From the human T2T-CHM13v2.0 reference genome, Homo sapiens, in the NCBI RefSeq assembly GCF_009914755.1, contig NC_060933.1: 64,000 nucleotides of DNA, one strand, 5' to 3'. How positions within the stretch are numbered: position 1 is the first letter of the stretch; every line of letters starts with the position of its first letter. The translations under genes and the position numbers were made by a program. Positions 30,673 to 44,374 of this stretch are shown here, piece by piece. The notes beneath the pieces were generated by a model, which searched no databases, was not told the DNA's origin, and saw nothing but the letters and a program-made list of their open reading frames with translations.

Positions 30673-30961
30673 CTATGCATATTTAATTTTGAACTATGTG
30701 AAGGTAATACCAGTTCAAAAATTGAACAAATAACGTTTCAGGATTTTGGAGGGAAGAGGGGCTGGAGTGTGTTCTCTGTCCTGACCATTCTTCTTTTCCT
30801 TCAGATTCTGGAAAGCCGCCACTTCCATAAAACAAGCAAACTCGTTTGTGCTAAGCAGCAGTTGTCATGAATAGCAGCTATGCTGGTCTCTAGGATGAAT
30901 GACCCTTTGGTATTCTAAGTGTGATTCCTAATCCACCTTAATCCAAAATACCCTAACCTGC

Positions 30962-31167
30962 TGGTTCTCAACCAGCAATTCTGCCTCCACCCCCCAGGAA
31001 GATTTGGCAATATCTGGACATATTTTTAGTTGTTACAAAGTGAGGGCTGGCGCTACTGGCTTCTAGGAGATAGAGGTCAAGGATGCTGCGTCTTATGATG
31101 CAGAGGATGGACCCCCAAAACAAAGAATTATCTAAACGTTGTTAGTGCCAAGGCTGAGAAGCCTTGT
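30962..31167 (+). mobile_element. MER20
   Basis: tggttctcaacc...tttggcaatatctgga...gtgccaaggctgagaagcc. Confidence 0.85.
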
Positions 31168-31628
31168 TCAAATCAAACTACCCTTTTTAAGAGGAGGGCG
31201 GATGTGAGTCCAGCTCTTCCAGATACTGGTTGATAACTGTAGGCATTTTTCCTAGTTGTTGTGAACCTTAATTTTTCTCATTGATAAAATGTAATTAATT
31301 AATATCTACCCAAGCTGGCTTATAGTGCTGTGAGGATCAAACAGTTTAACAGACTTGAGCAAATACTGGGAAAAGTAGCATACTAATGAGTGAAGTCACT
31401 GTTTTGATGAGCAAGAATGCAGTCCCTGAGCCTCTGATTTCCAGATTAGTTCTATGGGGACGGAGCACTGGATTCCCGGGGAGAAGGGTTACTTAGTCTC
31501 CTGGGGGTAGCTGCAGTCAAGCCTGGGCATGGGAGGTGAGCTGACAGTACTGGGGCATGATGCTGTATGCGTCCCAACAGCAACAGGTGTTTAAAATCAG
31601 AGAGAAAGATGTGCTCTTACTAGTAAAC

Positions 31629-31686
31629 GGGTGCCGCTGTGCTGAAGCCTAGGCAACAGAGCAAGACCCCATCTCAAAAAAAAAAA
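31629..31686 (+). mobile_element. Extremely 5'-truncated Alu/7SL-type insertion with 8-bp TSD tagtaaac
   Basis: gcctaggcaacagagcaagaccccatctc plus poly-A, flanked by tagtaaac at 31621-31628 and 31687-31694. Confidence 0.8.
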
Positions 31687-32844
31687 TAGTAAACTGCTGT
31701 TGTGTTTTTAAAAATTAAGCAGCAAGGAGGTGAGCTGCATCATTTACAGAGGGAACATTTTTTAAATAATTCCGTTACACTTAGAAGCATGTGTAATCAT
31801 ATCACGTTACCATGCACCCCCCGCCCTGTCAGATCACCCCTCCAAACACTTGTGCTTCTGTCTCCTTCCTCACTAAGTACTAAAGCAGGTGATTGCAAGT
31901 CTGCCTTTATGAGTTTTAAGCAGGACATTACAGATAATTAAGCAAAAAGAATTGGCAGCTTCAGATTAAAACAGCTGAGCGAGCCAACCCCTCTCATTAT
32001 TAGCCTGTTGCCCTGAATGGTTCATTCTGAAGTGACCTCTTTCAGCATTCGCTTTGGAGGGGGCCTCCATATGTTAAGTTACCCAGGTTTGTTGTACTTC
32101 TGCCTTCTGATTAACTGTAGACTCTCTGTGTTTTGGTCCCTAATACCAATAAACGTCACATTGCTGTCTCTAAAACGCGAACTATAGGAAATCGTATTCT
32201 ACACCCAAAACTTCCTGCACGGCTTCCTTCACTGGCAAAAAAACCCCACAGTGTTGTTGAGTTTGGTGTGAATGGCAGGCGAGGAGGTTGGGGTGTTCAG
32301 TGTTACTGCAGCCAGTGGGGCCGTCTGAACTGTGGCCCGTGTTCTCAGGGCACAACGATGCTTTTGTTTTTCAATTAAAAGGCTTAATATAAGCAGGTGT
32401 TCACTCGCTTCCCTGCACAGCTCAGCCAACCTGGTTCCGATCTGGCCAGCAGGCCCCCTTTCCCTGAGGCCTGTGGCTCATCCACTTTCACCACTCACTA
32501 CCTGCCCTCCTTTGCCTGAGCACATAAAAGAGATTTTTTTTAAGGTGGCTCTTAAGAAGTTGCAAAAGGACATGAAAATTTAAAATTCTAAAGTTCTCTG
32601 TTCTGAATTTGGGAAAAGATAACAGCAATGTAATTTAGGTTCTAGTCTTACATCTACTCAATAGTCGTAGGGAACATACCTTGTGCTTATTCAGAGTTTT
32701 TGCTGTTTTATGGAGTTAGAATCATTGGCTGATGGAAGAATGTTATCAAATATATTGAGTTTATTTTAACCAGAAGCCTACTAATTCAGTGAATTGAAGC
32801 CTAATTATTACCAATCAAAAGCAATTTTAAAAGCAATGCTAATA

Positions 32845-33085
32845 ATAGAGTTAACATAAGTGCTTAGTGCATGCCCGCTATCATTCTAAGCACTTTAGAA
32901 AATACATTTAATCTTCCTAACAACCTTATGAGGTTATACTATTACGACCATTTTACAGATGAGAAAACAGGTACAGAGAGGTTAATTAAATGCTCCAGGG
33001 CATAAAGCAAGTATGTGGCAGAATAAGTCTGGGATTTTAACCCCAACTGCCTTTCTTCAGGATCTGTAAGACCCTACCCACTGCA
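32845..33085. mobile_element. MIR
   Basis: ccattttacagatgagaaaacagg...agagaggttaa. Confidence 0.8.
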
Positions 33086-33228
33086 TTATTGTCTGAATGC
33101 TGTGGTGTCTGGAGGGCAGTGCTGCTCAAGACATTAAAACAGTGATTCTCAATTATCTGCAATAGTAGCAGGGGTCAGTAAGATAAACTCAGACAGCTTT
33201 GGAATGGGAACAAATTAATAGAATTTAA

Positions 33229-33516
<288 letters not shown>

Positions 33517-34554
33517 AACTAGAATTTAACAATTTTAAAATGTTTTCCCTGATTCATTGGTTCCAAAGCCATTTTTCTCATCAAAGTGTATCTCACTTCT
33601 GAACACAGAATCTGAACTGTAGCCTCAAGAATAACTTTTTCTAGAAAGTATGTAGTGATTTTAAAGTGAAAAACAAAAAAATCCCTTGGGCACTGTGCAT
33701 AACACTAGAAATGGGAAGATGACTAAAGTGATCATTTCAAAAATTATCCCTGAGTGCAGAACTCAAAATTGACAGTAAAGGATGAGATCCACTTGACAGT
33801 GGTGACATATCTTGGATTGTCAAGTTAGGAGAAGAACACATTTTAAAACCTAACTGGCAGTTCTGTAGACTGTCACAGAAAGAGTCACAACTCAATAATA
33901 ATCTTCTCAATCACTTAAAAACATCTGGTAAAGAAAGCATTAGCTAGGAGGATGACTATTTTGAAAGTCATTTTCCTCTATGGGAATCCAGTTCTCCCAA
34001 ATGGTACACTGTATTTTCTGGCAAGTTCTGTTTACTGTCTGGTCCTGTGTCAGCTGCTTTTATTATGCCAGAGAAAGGAATATGTGGCAGCTCAGTCCTC
34101 TGCATGAAAGAGGCAACCCTTCAACATATCATTAAGGAAGGAAAAGAAGATGGGCCGTGGGCTCTGTGGGGGCTGTGAAATTAAGATTCTCAGTCCTCTA
34201 TCTGTTCTGCCCAACTTCTGACATGCACGTACACCCAGACACCCAGAGACAGAAATTGGGTTCAATTACTAGGAGACTTCTAAACTATTCATGAGGTCTT
34301 GCTGCAGTTCTTTCCAGCAGAGTTGATGAGCTGCTCTTCCTCTTAAATCAGTGTTTTCTGCTCATCCAAGATGCACTGCTGTCTACTTCATTGCAGATCA
34401 GGAATCGTTTGGTTATTGAGCACAGGGCTGAAATGTAGACTGTCTGGGTAACATTCTAATTTTCCTGAGCTAAGTTTTCATATTGTGACCTTGCCATTTT
34501 TATGGGTGTGCTTAGTGCCTAGAATGTATGACATACATTTGACTTACGTCCATG

Positions 34555-35590
34555 TACTCATTCATTTCTCCAGTTGACAAGTATTTATTTAGCTTGGCAT
34601 GGTGCTAGGCCTTAAGGGGTGGAACAGAGGCCAAGACAGACATAGTCCCTGCCCCTAATAATGCTTTCATTGTCATGGTACAGACAGATGAGAAAGAGTA
34701 TGCACAATCAAATAATTACTAACTTTTAAAGTACTATGAAGAAAATAAAGATAGGCAAAGGTACTGCTGCCTTTTAGATAAGGTATTCAGGGGACCCTCC
34801 CTAAGGAGGCAGCACAGGGGCTGGGATCGCGAGTGTGTGAAGGAGGCAGTCAAGATAAGAGTGGACGAAAGAGTGTGCTTGGCAGAGAGAATGGCCTTTG
34901 CCAAGCCCTGAGGCAGGAAGGAGCTTGGTGGATTCAAGGAACTGAGGTGGAGGCCAGTGTGATGCAAGGTTCTGAGCAGGGAAGAGTGGCCGAGTAGCGT
35001 GACAGCAGCGGTTCCCAATGGGGGCAGATTTGTCCCCCAGGAGACATTAGACAGTGCTGTCAGAACTGAGGGGAGTAGGTGCTACTGGTAGGAGGCCAGG
35101 GACACTGCCCCCCCACCCCCCGACAACAAATACTCATCAGCCCCAAGTGTCAATAGTGCTAAGTTGAGAAGCCCTGAGTTAGAGAAATAGGCAGCAGCCT
35201 AGACAAAGGTTGTGGACTAGAGGAGAAAGAAGAAAACAAGTTTGAGATTCATTTCAGAGTTGATATTGACTGGACGGGGCCATGGTTGGATGTGGGGGTG
35301 AGGGCATGGTAGGAATGATTGATCCCAGGATTCTAATTTGAGCACCTGGGTGGATGCTGTGACCATCTGTTGAGACAGAGATGAATGGTAGGGGGGAAAC
35401 AAGTCTTCCAATTTGGACATGTGAGTTTGAGAATGTCAGAGAGGCAAGTGGGTGGCTGGACATGGACTTGGGACTCAAGGAAGAGGTCTGGGGCTCAGCT
35501 TCAATTTGTCAAATTGCAGATGCATAGGCATTGGTGAAATAGATGGAGAAGAGAGGCCTCAGGAAGGGGGAACATCCATATTTTGATGTT
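34555..35590 (-). mobile_element. L2 interrupted by MER20
   Basis: tcattcattt...gtatttatt...gtgctaggc; the L2 body resumes after 35176. Confidence 0.75.
35006..35176 (+). mobile_element. MER20
   Basis: cagcggttcccaa...tgtcaatagtgctaagttgagaagccctg. Confidence 0.85.
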
Positions 35591-38500
35591 GCCTCCTAAG
35601 ATCCTTTTCCACAGTTATATTCCTAAAATACACAAAGCTGGCCAAGTCACTGCCTTATTATCTTCCATTGGCCTTCTGGTACCTTCAGAAAATATCCATG
35701 CTCCATAGCGTGGCATGTGAGTCCTTCACAGCCATCCCCATTGGGTGGGTCTTGACCATCTCCTGCCATTATCTTGGACACGCACCTAACTGCGGCCGCA
35801 CTGAATGCTGCACCTTCCTCTTTTCCATCCCCATTCCTTCCCACGCAAGCTGATCACTCTGTGATGTCTTCATTCCAGAAACAGCTCTATCATTGCCTTT
35901 GTCCACCCTCCCAGGCAGTGGCTGTCAGTCACCCTCCCCAGCCTCCCTCAGCACCCTGCACTTAACCCTGTTATGTCACAGGTGACTTTGTTTTGTAATA
36001 ATTGTTGGCAGTTATGTCCTGCCAACTGCACTGTGAGTGGCTGGGGAGCAGGAGCCTTGCCCAATTATTTTGACATCCAGAGGGTCCCACGCAGCGTCTG
36101 GTACAGCATCCAAAGGATGTATCACTTTTTTCTTCTTAATTCTAAGATTGTTATAGATTTTCCAAAGAGATATGTTCTTGAGCCTACAGTTCTGGAGGTG
36201 CAATTAGAGGTGAAATATGGGGCGGGGCTGGGGGGCTGAAGAGGGATAGAATTTGTACTGTGGATGTTCACAGAAAGAACACTTTGAAGGTGCTCAGTTC
36301 CATTCCCTTGGCTTTTTCTGTTTCAAAATGGTAGTGATTACCTGAGTTGTGGGTCACTGTACAGGCATTTGAAAGTTGGCTCTTAATGATGTGGCATCCT
36401 GAAGTCCCCTCATCTGTAGTCTACAGATGGCTTGTGATCAGCTGTTCCTGGAAGAACTTCAGCAATGAATTTTAAAAGGCAGTCTTTTTCCAACACTGTC
36501 ACTTAAAGGTTCTATTCTTTCCAGATGTTGGCTCAATTAAAGGCAGCCCTTAGATGACAGTAACTTGTCAGGGGAGGTCAGGATTTGGGATCGTTTGGCA
36601 GCCCATTTCTCCAGAACAAACATCATAGTCAATGCCCTTTTCTTTGTAACATGAAAGAAACAAGATCAATGATTGTTCAGGTTTGCTATTTCAAAGAGAG
36701 TGAGAGGGAACAATAGCCTAGCAGTTTTAAAATCAACTGTATCCCTCTCAAAATCATAGAGGAGTGTAGACTTTATAGCTGCACTTAGGACCCAGAAACA
36801 GGCATTGATGAGAACAGACAGAACATTGGACCTTACTCTCCGTCTTCCTTCCTCACCAGCAGTGGACTGAGAAGGGAGTGTGTGGCCAGGGCCATCAGGC
36901 TGGCTGTGCCATTGATGAGCTCATCCTTGTGCAAGACAATGGCTGAGCATAGAAATATTATAGTATGGCTTGAGTATTAAATCTAACACTGTATGAGAAG
37001 GTACCAGGAAGATGGTAATTGGCTGTACAAATATCAAATTGCTACTATTGATGCTGGCTCCCCACCTACTCCCAATGGAATTTAAGCCCTATGAGAATGG
37101 GGACTTGGCAGTCCAGGTATTACTAGAATTCAATACTTAGTGAAGGCCCCAATAATACTGCCACCTACTCCATATTGGGATACTGTTCAAAGTATGGAAT
37201 TGGAAATTTCAAACCCATTCCAATTGCAGATTGGGACCCCATTCTCCTTCTGTGGTAGTCCTTATTATTGACTATTGAAGGTGGAAGGTTGTTTCAAAAA
37301 GCAGTGGAATTCTGTGGCAAAAGGAAATCTAACCTTCATGGATTAAAGACACCTTTTTAAAAAGCCTGTGCCTAGAAAGTGAATTTTTTTTTTTTTTTTT
37401 TGCTTTCCGTCATATTAAATAAAAACGACAAATTTTCTGTTGTAGCTTTACCATCTCTCAGTGTCTGATTTAGTTTGAGGAAGCTATATTGGGCTTCAAG
37501 AACCCTTTTTCCTCATCTGTCTCTGACTACACATTCAAACTGTTCTTCCTGGGACAATAGAGTTTTTCTGGGCAGAAGCAAGTGCCACCCTCTTGAAGGA
37601 CAGAGAGTACAGTAGAATGGGGTGAGGGTGTATGGTTGAAGACAGTAGGGTAAGGGAAGGTGGGAGTGGGCAGACAACATCTAAAACCCGTTCATGGGTT
37701 TTAAAGAAAATCATGAACAAACTAAGCTGCACAATCAGCATAGTCCCTCGCCCCAGGTTATTTCTTTATTTTTAACTTATTTATTAATTATTCTAATCTT
37801 GGAGACAAGTCTGTTCTCCCATTCCTGACCCCCAACCCAGTGTTCTTTGGAATATTTGATTTGGATATAACTTTAAGATTACAAATTAGAGGGGTTTTAA
37901 AGTTGTAAATACAAAAGAGATTTAAAGCGGTAAAGTTTCATTTGAGAACAAAATCAAAGGATGGAGTCTTCTGAGATTCTGCTTCATAAAAAACAAAACA
38001 AGACCCTGTTTTCCAAGGAAGTATTCAATGTAATAAAAACATCAAACGTTTCCATTTCCTTTGGAATTTGGGGTATGCCAACTCAAGCTGCATTGATGTT
38101 TATCTCTATGCTTTTTATTCATTTTTTGGAGAAATTTTGTTTTTAGCATATGGGATATGTACACACATACATCTACACACACACACACACATATATATAG
38201 CTTATTTTTAAGTGTGCATTTTTTTTGTTTTTTTTTATTATGAGGGTCCTGAATTGCTTCAGATGAGTTAATAGATGGGTGGGAAGAAACTACACTTTAT
38301 GATAAAGCTCCTGATTTACCTGGTCAAGGGAAGGCTGTCTTACCAGAAGCCAGGTGGCCATGCCGAGCAGATGCAGCATGTCTCAGGCATCCCTTGGCCC
38401 TCAGAGTCCCTAGTGGGGACACACAGTGGCTGGTATACAAAGCAGAGTCTGGTCAAATCTGGGGCACCAGGCCGAAGCCCTTTCCCCTCAGGCTTCCATT

Positions 38501-38799
38501 TCCATGAGAGAGGAATTTAAACCCACAGTCTACTCCTGGAATAGGAAATGTTACAGACATCCATGCCCTTCCTGCTTATTGACCCAAATTCAGCCTTAGC
38601 GAGGTCACTTGGGCCGGAAAGCGTTCAGCACCCAGATGGCCTGGAACAGTATCTTTGTTTCCAGCTTTCCAGCCTCAGAATGCCTGTCTCCCCACATGTT
38701 CTCCCTCAGTAGATAAATCTGGGCACCTGTTTGTGTTAGGCAGGGATACAGCAGTGAACACAAGGAACTTGGCCCATGACCTCAGGAAACCAAGTTAAG

Positions 38800-40135
38800 G
38801 GGTTCTGTGCATTTTAGCACTTTACTAAATTACCTTTAAAAATGGTTATCCCATCTTAGACGTCCCCCCGCTAATTAGGGGAGCCCTGTTTTTCCGAGTC
38901 CTCAAGAGTACTAAGCACTGCTCCTTTAAAAATGTTTTAACAGCTAGATAGGTGAAAATGCCTTAGTTTTCACTTTAATTTGCATTATTATTGTAAGTTA
39001 GACTTTTTCAGATGATTTTTATTGATTTATGTGTATTATTATTTATGAATACCCTTTGCTGTCTGATTTGTAAGCACTAATATATTTAGGGCCTTGCATT
39101 TTTGTTGCAGATGCTTTTCCATTCTTAAATTAGACTTTTACTTTTCCTTACTTTGTGTTTTTTTTTTTTTTTTTTTTGACCCAAGCTTTTATATAGTCAA
39201 ATTTGTTAATAGTTCCCTTAAGGCTTTTATCTTTGCTCTTATTTTGTAATTTTGTGCTAGTAATGCCTTGCTTTAATTTTAATAATTTGTAATGCAAGAC
39301 TTCCCATGGTATTCTTAATTTTCAAAAATTTCTTAGTGATGTTTTTACATTTTTTCCCTCTAATTGAACTTTAGAATTATAAGGTCACTATCTCTAAAAA
39401 AATTTCTATTGTGATTTTTGTTGAAATTATATTAAATTAATGAATTCAGAAAGAAGCATCTTTAAACTTGTATTTTTCCTTCCAAGAATGAAATGTTTAT
39501 GTATTTATTGTCTTTTATGCTCCTCAGTAAACTTTTATTTTCTTCATAGATTTTATACCTATTTTTAGTTGAATATATGTCTGTGTAACTTATATGGGGT
39601 TTTTTGTTATTAATGTTTTGAGGTTTTTTTTTTCTTTTGCGCATGGGATTTTTTTTTCCATTACATTTTCTGACTGGGGATACGTTAGATCTTGATTTAT
39701 GTGAGTTTATTTTGTAAACTGACAACCTGTTTTTTTTTTAACTATTCTACTCGGTTCATGACTGATTCTTGGGTATTCTAGGTAGCAATCATATAATGTG
39801 TAAATTATCATTTTTCTCCTTCTAACCAATATTTTGTAATTGGCTTGTCTTATTAATTTGATATTCAAAAACAGTATCAAAGAATTCTTGTGATAACAGC
39901 ACAGCCTTGTCTTACTTGTGTTTTAAAAAACAAATGGCTCTTGTACTGTTTCCAAGAGTGCATTCTTTGTACACACAAGTTATTAATAGATACATAAATA
40001 AAAATCCCTTGGTCACGTACATTTGGGAAGTGTCACTCTAGTGCTTCCATTAGTATACTGTTGTCTTTTAGCTTGAAAAATTATTTTCTGCATTAAGAAA
40101 GTTTTTTTCTGCCTCCAATTTTACTAAAACTTTTT
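38800..40135 (-). mobile_element. Ancient L1 (L1ME-like) relic, antisense
   Basis: T-rich sequence with ttaatttgcatt and ttatatagtcaaatttg landmarks. Confidence 0.55.
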
Positions 40136-40148
40136 TAAAAATCATAAT

Positions 40149-40315
40149 TGAAGGGAGAGGAAGGGAGGGGAGCAAGGGTTGAAAAAACTATTGAATACTG
40201 TACTCAGTAATGGGGTGACAGGATTGATTGCACCCCAAACCTCAGCATCGCACATTATACCTGGTAACAAACCTGCACTTGTACCCCTGAATCTAAAATA
40301 AAACTTGAAATAAAT
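40149..40315 (+). mobile_element. L1PA16/L1PB-type 3' end
   Basis: gcaagggttgaaaaaacta...ccccaaacctcagcatc...gtaacaaacctgcac...tctaaaataaaa. Confidence 0.85.
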
Positions 40316-41615
40316 TTTTTAATTAATTAACTAAAATCTTTATTGAATATTGGCTTTTTCATATAATTTAAGCTGACCATGGAAAGGCAATTATTGTAAA
40401 CACAGTTAGCTTTTTGAGATACTCCAAGTACTAGCAAATAATAAAATCATGTTTCTCTTAAAATATTATTTAATTCAGATTTTATATCAGTTTAGATGAA
40501 TGGGATCATTTTATTTCCTTATAGTTTGGAGAATGTCTTAAAATTTCTTCCTATGGGTCTACTGATCACTTCCCCATACCAGAGTAATGTGTGGAAATTA
40601 TCTTAAGAGTTAGTGCTTTTTGCAAGTTATTTTGGGGTGGGCAGTTTGTTGAAATCATTGAGAAATTTTGGTTTTGGCAGAGGGGAAAAAGCTTGTGTTT
40701 CTTTTGCCTGAAAGTCTGTGCTTTTTCATCTCTGTTTTCCTTTTATTGAGAATTTTAATGTAATTTCATGTTATATTTGGGCCTATGCTTCTTCATTTGC
40801 AAAATTTGGGGTGTGGTTGACTGCTAAATGCCATTGAAGTCTCTTGATTTCTTGGTGGTGGTGGTTTTGTTTGTTTTATTCTGTGATCATCTCTTGCAGC
40901 AGTCATTTTATGAAGGCCAGGCAGGATGCCTTGGGACGGGGAAAGAGAAGAGGGTAAAGAGTGGGGAGAAGGTTACATCTCCTTTTGAGAAAACCTGAGT
41001 TGGTTTCCCTTTGGTGCAAAGGCAATAATATCTTGCATATTTTCCCACCCTCCCTTAAACACCCTGTGGATTAGGAACTCAAATGACTCTATAGGTTTAG
41101 GAAGATTAATCCTCTGTGGGAAAAAGTAGAGATTTTCTCCCCCTTTTCTATGTTCTTGGCAAAGTGAATACAACAGAAAATTATCAAAATCTGTCATGAG
41201 AGTTTGAATTTAGGAAAATTAACTTGAATGTGTATAAAACATGACACTGTGCTGCCATCCCACCGGCCCTTCAAGCCTAGGGGAGCCCTGATGTAACCAG
41301 AGCCTGAGATGGAGACGTCTTGCAGAAAGAGGAGGAGAAATGCCAGGGTGCTGTATTCCTGTTAGGTCCAGCCATGGTCGTCTCCATTCCAGAGAGGTCA
41401 TGACAAGACCATTTTCTACCCAGATGGCCAAGTGTGTACTCTTCCTTGTTATAAACTCATCACCCATTCATTTATTCAACAAATTGTCCTCTAGGACCAC
41501 TTTCTGGGACCACACAGATGCAAGCCAGTCTCCTTCATTTCAACCCAGTGCCAATTAGCATCAACTCTTGGGGCTAGTGGGATAAAGAGTGAAAATGTTC
41601 GGGTGCCTCAAGTAA

Positions 41616-41952
<337 letters not shown>

Positions 41953-41965
41953 TCACACTTGCTAT

Positions 41966-42470
41966 ATGTATTAGTTTCTTATTGCTGCAGTCGCAAATTA
42001 CTGCAAACTTAGGGACTTAAAAACATTTATTATGTTATAGTTCTGTAGAACAGACATTTAGTATTCTTCTGGCTGGGCTAAAATCAAGGTGTCAGTGTGG
42101 CTGTGTTCCTTATGGAGGCTCTAGGAGAGAAGCCTTTTCCACAGGGGCCACTTACATTTCTTGGCTCATGGCCGCTTCCTTCACCTTTAAAGCCAACAAT
42201 GGCAGATTGAGTCCCTCTTACATTATGTCTCACTCACCCGCTCCTTTGCCTCTTCTTTTTTTAACTCTTAACAACCCATATTATTACATTAGGCCCACCT
42301 GGACAGTCTAGGACAATCTCCCTAACTCAAGATCAGCTGTTCATCAACCTTGATCGTATTTGCAACCTTGTAAAGTAACATTATATTTTGCCTCCTAAGG
42401 TTACATATTTGCTGGCTCTAGAGGTTAGGATGTGGACATCTTTGGGAGACATTGTTCTGTCTGCCACCAT
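41966..42470 (-). mobile_element. MLT1D-like LTR
   Basis: tgtattagtttctt...gggctaaaatcaaggtgtc...ggatgtggacatctttggg. Confidence 0.85.
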
Positions 42471-44157
42471 ATAATTTCACAATGTCCTCCTCTGTGCATC
42501 TGCAGCTCTTTGTTATGCCTTTGTCATTACTGTCAGTCTGTCTGGTACTCTCAGTAGATACCAACTGTGATCCTGAGGTGTAGACATCACTGTCTCAGGT
42601 CTGTATTTCCTTCTCCTCTTCTCTTTCCCTTTTCTACTTCACTCCCTCCATAAAATCGATGTGCTCAATAAATGTACCTTCAATACCTAAGTCTCCCTGT
42701 AATCAACTTACATAAATAAGAAATCACTTTCTGGGACATAAACATGAACCTGGCTTCAAATGCAACACGTTGTGACTGAAAAGCAAATGTGGCTCAGGTT
42801 ACTACTGTTAACATGAAGCAATTCATGTTTGAACAGAATTTTCAAAATCAAATTTTGAACTCACTGCTGGAGACGATGTGGCCCCCTTCATTTCCTGGAT
42901 TATTATGCATCTCCCACAGAACCATTTGCTATGTTATTTCTTTGGTGTTTACAGAAGCAGATCATGTTTATGAAGCATGTCCAGAAGAAGGAAATGATAT
43001 ATGGAAAATCTCTACGTGGGGTATAGAGTCAAGTGATCCCTAGGTTACAGTTGAGAGCTATAAATAGGCCAGTGACTTCATGTGTACCATGGGACTGGTA
43101 TTTTCCATCTTTCGTCCCACAGTTTGGATAAACTTAGATGGATTTTTTAATAGTTCTTTGAAAATGGAACATTAGCTATCCACAGAGATTTAACTTGGGA
43201 CAAAAAAAAGGAATAAAAGTCATCATTTCTGATGACAGGATTAGACAGACCTTTTTTCTTGAAAGTAATTGAATATTCTGTGTGTTTTTTGCAGTTTCTG
43301 TTGAATTGAGAATAGTGACCATCATTTGAGGTGGAAATAGCAGAAATGATTAATTTAGAAAGAAGAAGGATTGTAGGGTGGGTGGAAGTGGCATTTTCTG
43401 CATTGTATTCTTAGAAACTTAGACTGTTAGAGTTGGAAGTGCTCTGATAAAACCGTTCTTTAACATACGAGAAAACAGAGGCCCAAATACCTTAAGTCCC
43501 TTGTCCAAGAGTATGCTGAGTGCAGAAAGCCACACTGTGGCTCAGGTCCTGGGCCCTGGCCCTCAGCGTTTCTCAGCCCACTGCACTCATCTCCAGCACT
43601 TCTGATGGACTCACTGGGGTGACACCATCAAACCATGTGCCCCAAAGATGCCTTCATGTTGGTTTCCACTTGGGCATTTCTCATGCTTGGATGGCTAATA
43701 TACTCCCTGCCTGGTTTACTCTTGAGAACCCGGCTTTCATCTGCTGTGGGACACAGTAGCCTTTGCGTGAGTGCCTACGTGCACATGTGTCCATGGAGGC
43801 AGGGAGGGTGGACAGGCAGGGAGGGTGGACAGTGGTACACACACTGCACCAGCAGCACTTTTAAAGACAAGGATCATGACAAAAGCAACAGCAAGTGCAC
43901 TTTCTTTTCCAAATTACCCAAGGTTGTTTTTTAAAAATAGTAATATCACTTCAAGTGTTTTGCACTTGGCTTGGTGAAACAAAATGTGAGTTAAAACTGT
44001 GGAGTATTAAAGCATTATTCTTGACACACCTACAATATGAGACACTCCATTGATGTGGATAGCATATATGCAGACAACAAGCATTGATGTTGTACTTCCA
44101 CCTATAGATAGAAGGGGGATGTACCTTGGTATGGGAGTTTTGCACTTAGACAAAGTC

Positions 44158-44374
44158 TTAGTTCTCAACCAGAGCTGATTTTGCTCACCACCCCTCCAGA
44201 GGGCATTTATTACTGTCTGCAGGTATTTTTGGTTTTTATGTCTGGAGGAAGTGGTGCTACAGGCACCATTTGTAAAGACCGGGGATGCTGCTGAACATCC
44301 TACAATGGACAGCTCCACACATCAAAGAAGTCTCGAATCCAAAATGTCAATAGTGCCAAAGTTGAGAAATCCTG
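44158..44374 (+). mobile_element. MER20
   Basis: gttctcaacc...ggatgctgctgaacatcctacaatg...tgtcaatagtgccaaagttgagaaatcctg. Confidence 0.9.
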
